NCBI GenBank assembly: GCA_040394195.1
Contig: JBEBSR010000001.1
Span: forward strand, 25,585-89,584
DNA: 64,000 nt
Origin: Wohlfahrtiimonas larvae
Lineage (GTDB): Bacteria > Pseudomonadota > Gammaproteobacteria > Cardiobacteriales > Wohlfahrtiimonadaceae
Direction of reading: 5' to 3'
In this document: piece after piece, positions 62,827 through 64,000 of the stretch
Position numbering within the stretch: position 1 is the stretch's first letter
How the letters are laid out: each line of letters begins with the position of its first letter
The notes under the pieces: generated by a model
Databases searched by the model: none
Seen by the model: only the letters and a program-made list of their open reading frames with translations
What the model was told of the DNA's origin: nothing
Made by a program: the position numbers and the translations under genes

Positions 62827-63744
62827 TTAATCTTTAGTTCTCGGTCTAACATGTGGCTTAAATTTAAACTGTATCTTCTTATTCACGCGTTGAGCGATGA
62901 TCACGCCTGTTAATGAAATAGCACCACCCACAATATGATACGTTTCTAATGATTCATTCAAGAATAAAATCGAAATGATCGCAGTGAACAATGGTGACAA
63001 GTTCATGAATAAAGATGTTTTACTTGCACCTAAGCGCGCCACACCTTGTAGCCACAAGAAGGGTGCAATAATGGAGGCTGGTATCCCGGCAAAAAGAATC
63101 AGCCCCACATTATTGCTAGTAATCGTCGCATCTTTAGTGATCATAAATAATGGAATTAAAATAATCACACCAGAGATGACTTGCCAGTACAACGATTGCC
63201 AAATTGAAACTTGAATTTTCCACTTCATCGTTAATACGCCATAAAGCGCATAAGCAGAAGCAGCCACAATCATCATCAATTCGCCTTTGCCAATACCACT
63301 TTCTAAAATCACAGCAGGATTGCCTGCGCTGATTAACCAAGTGATGCCAGAAAATGACAGAATACTACCCACAACCAAGCCAACAGTTAATGGCGAACGC
63401 AAAATGATGAAGCTTAATAAAATTGTTAATAACGGCGTCAATGAGAGGAAAATGCCAATCATCGTCGCTGAAATTGTATAAGCAGCGTAATACGCTAAGC
63501 ATTGATACAATGCCATACCAAGAAAACCTAAGAATGCAAACTTAGGCAACAATGGACGAATTTGCGCCCAATTTTTAATGGATTGACGCAAACAAAATGG
63601 CGTCAAAATAATAAATGCTAGTAACCAACGATAAAATGAAATGGCTTCAGGCTCAATCACACCTGCTGACAGTTTATTCACAACTGCATTCATCGCCCAA
63701 ATCAATACCGCCATTAATGGATACAGCATTGCAACAAAGTTCAT
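62827..63744 (-). CDS. DMT/EamA family transporter
   Basis: Two EamA repeats, IWAMNAVV, RLGASKTSLFMNLSPLF. Confidence 0.9.
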   Translation of the reverse strand: MNFVAMLYPLMAVLIWAMNAVVNKLSAGVIEPEAISFYRWLLAFIILTPFCLRQSIKNWAQIRPLLPKFAFLGFLGMALYQCLAYYAAYTISATMIGIFLSLTPLLTILLSFIILRSPLTVGLVVGSILSFSGITWLISAGNPAVILESGIGKGELMMIVAASAYALYGVLTMKWKIQVSIWQSLYWQVISGVIILIPLFMITKDATITSNNVGLILFAGIPASIIAPFLWLQGVARLGASKTSLFMNLSPLFTAIISILFLNESLETYHIVGGAISLTGVIIAQRVNKKIQFKFKPHVRPRTKD

Positions 63745-63809
63745 GTGTACTCCTATCTTTTCTTCAGGGCGCTAGTATAATTTGTCTTATATTAAATATA
63801 TAATGATAA

Positions 63810-63839
63810 TCAGACATTCGGACTCATTATTCTGACATT
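63810..63839. promoter_or_regulatory. Putative AraC-family tandem operator
   Basis: Direct repeats TCAGACATT/TCTGACATT with a 21-bp period between divergent DMT and AraC genes. Confidence 0.4.
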
Positions 63840-63861
63840 TTACGATAAAGGTTAATTACTT

Positions 63862-64000
63862 ATGTTGAAAAAGCGTTCTTTTCAAAATCTAACCTTCCAA
63901 AATGACCAACTCATTTTGCTTGCTAATGAAAATATTAATGAAGCTAGTGAATATCAGCCCCATCGACATACTTGGGGGCAAATTATTTTCGTCAAATATG
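63862..64000 (+). CDS. AraC-family (cupin sensor) regulator, partial
   Basis: MLKKRSFQNLTFQND...EYQPHRHTWGQIIFVKY; the HxHxWGQ cupin motif is typical of AraC regulators divergent from DMT exporters. Confidence 0.75.
   Translation, partial: MLKKRSFQNLTFQNDQLILLANENINEASEYQPHRHTWGQIIFVKY

Overview
AT-rich gammaproteobacterial chromosome segment. The gene set is compatible with Wohlfahrtiimonas/Ignatzschineria-like Cardiobacteriales, but this is inference only. Most of it is housekeeping: rplU-rpmA-obgE, glyQ, xseB-ispA-dxs, selC/selAB, two tRNA-Val, rlhA, rlmE-ftsH, asmA, aas-lplT, folA and a permuted ccmCDEFGHI-AB operon. It also carries amine/amino-acid catabolism genes: a Tmm-type FMO, a pipecolate operon amaB-dpkA-amaA, and a carbamate kinase next to a native-type amine dehydrogenase. 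No CRISPR array, rRNA, integrase or transposase was seen. Strongest candidate for a new system: a tightly coupled double-AAA+ ATPase / calcineurin-like metallophosphoesterase / PD-(D/E)XK nuclease locus with a convergent PIN-domain gene (46267-50911), resembling an unnamed anti-phage module. Its phosphoesterase has no canonical start codon and follows the ATPase UAG in frame. Other highlights are a structured ~255-nt riboswitch-like leader ahead of an AzgA-type purine permease, and a rare 12-bp (7/5) tRNA-Sec with C38.
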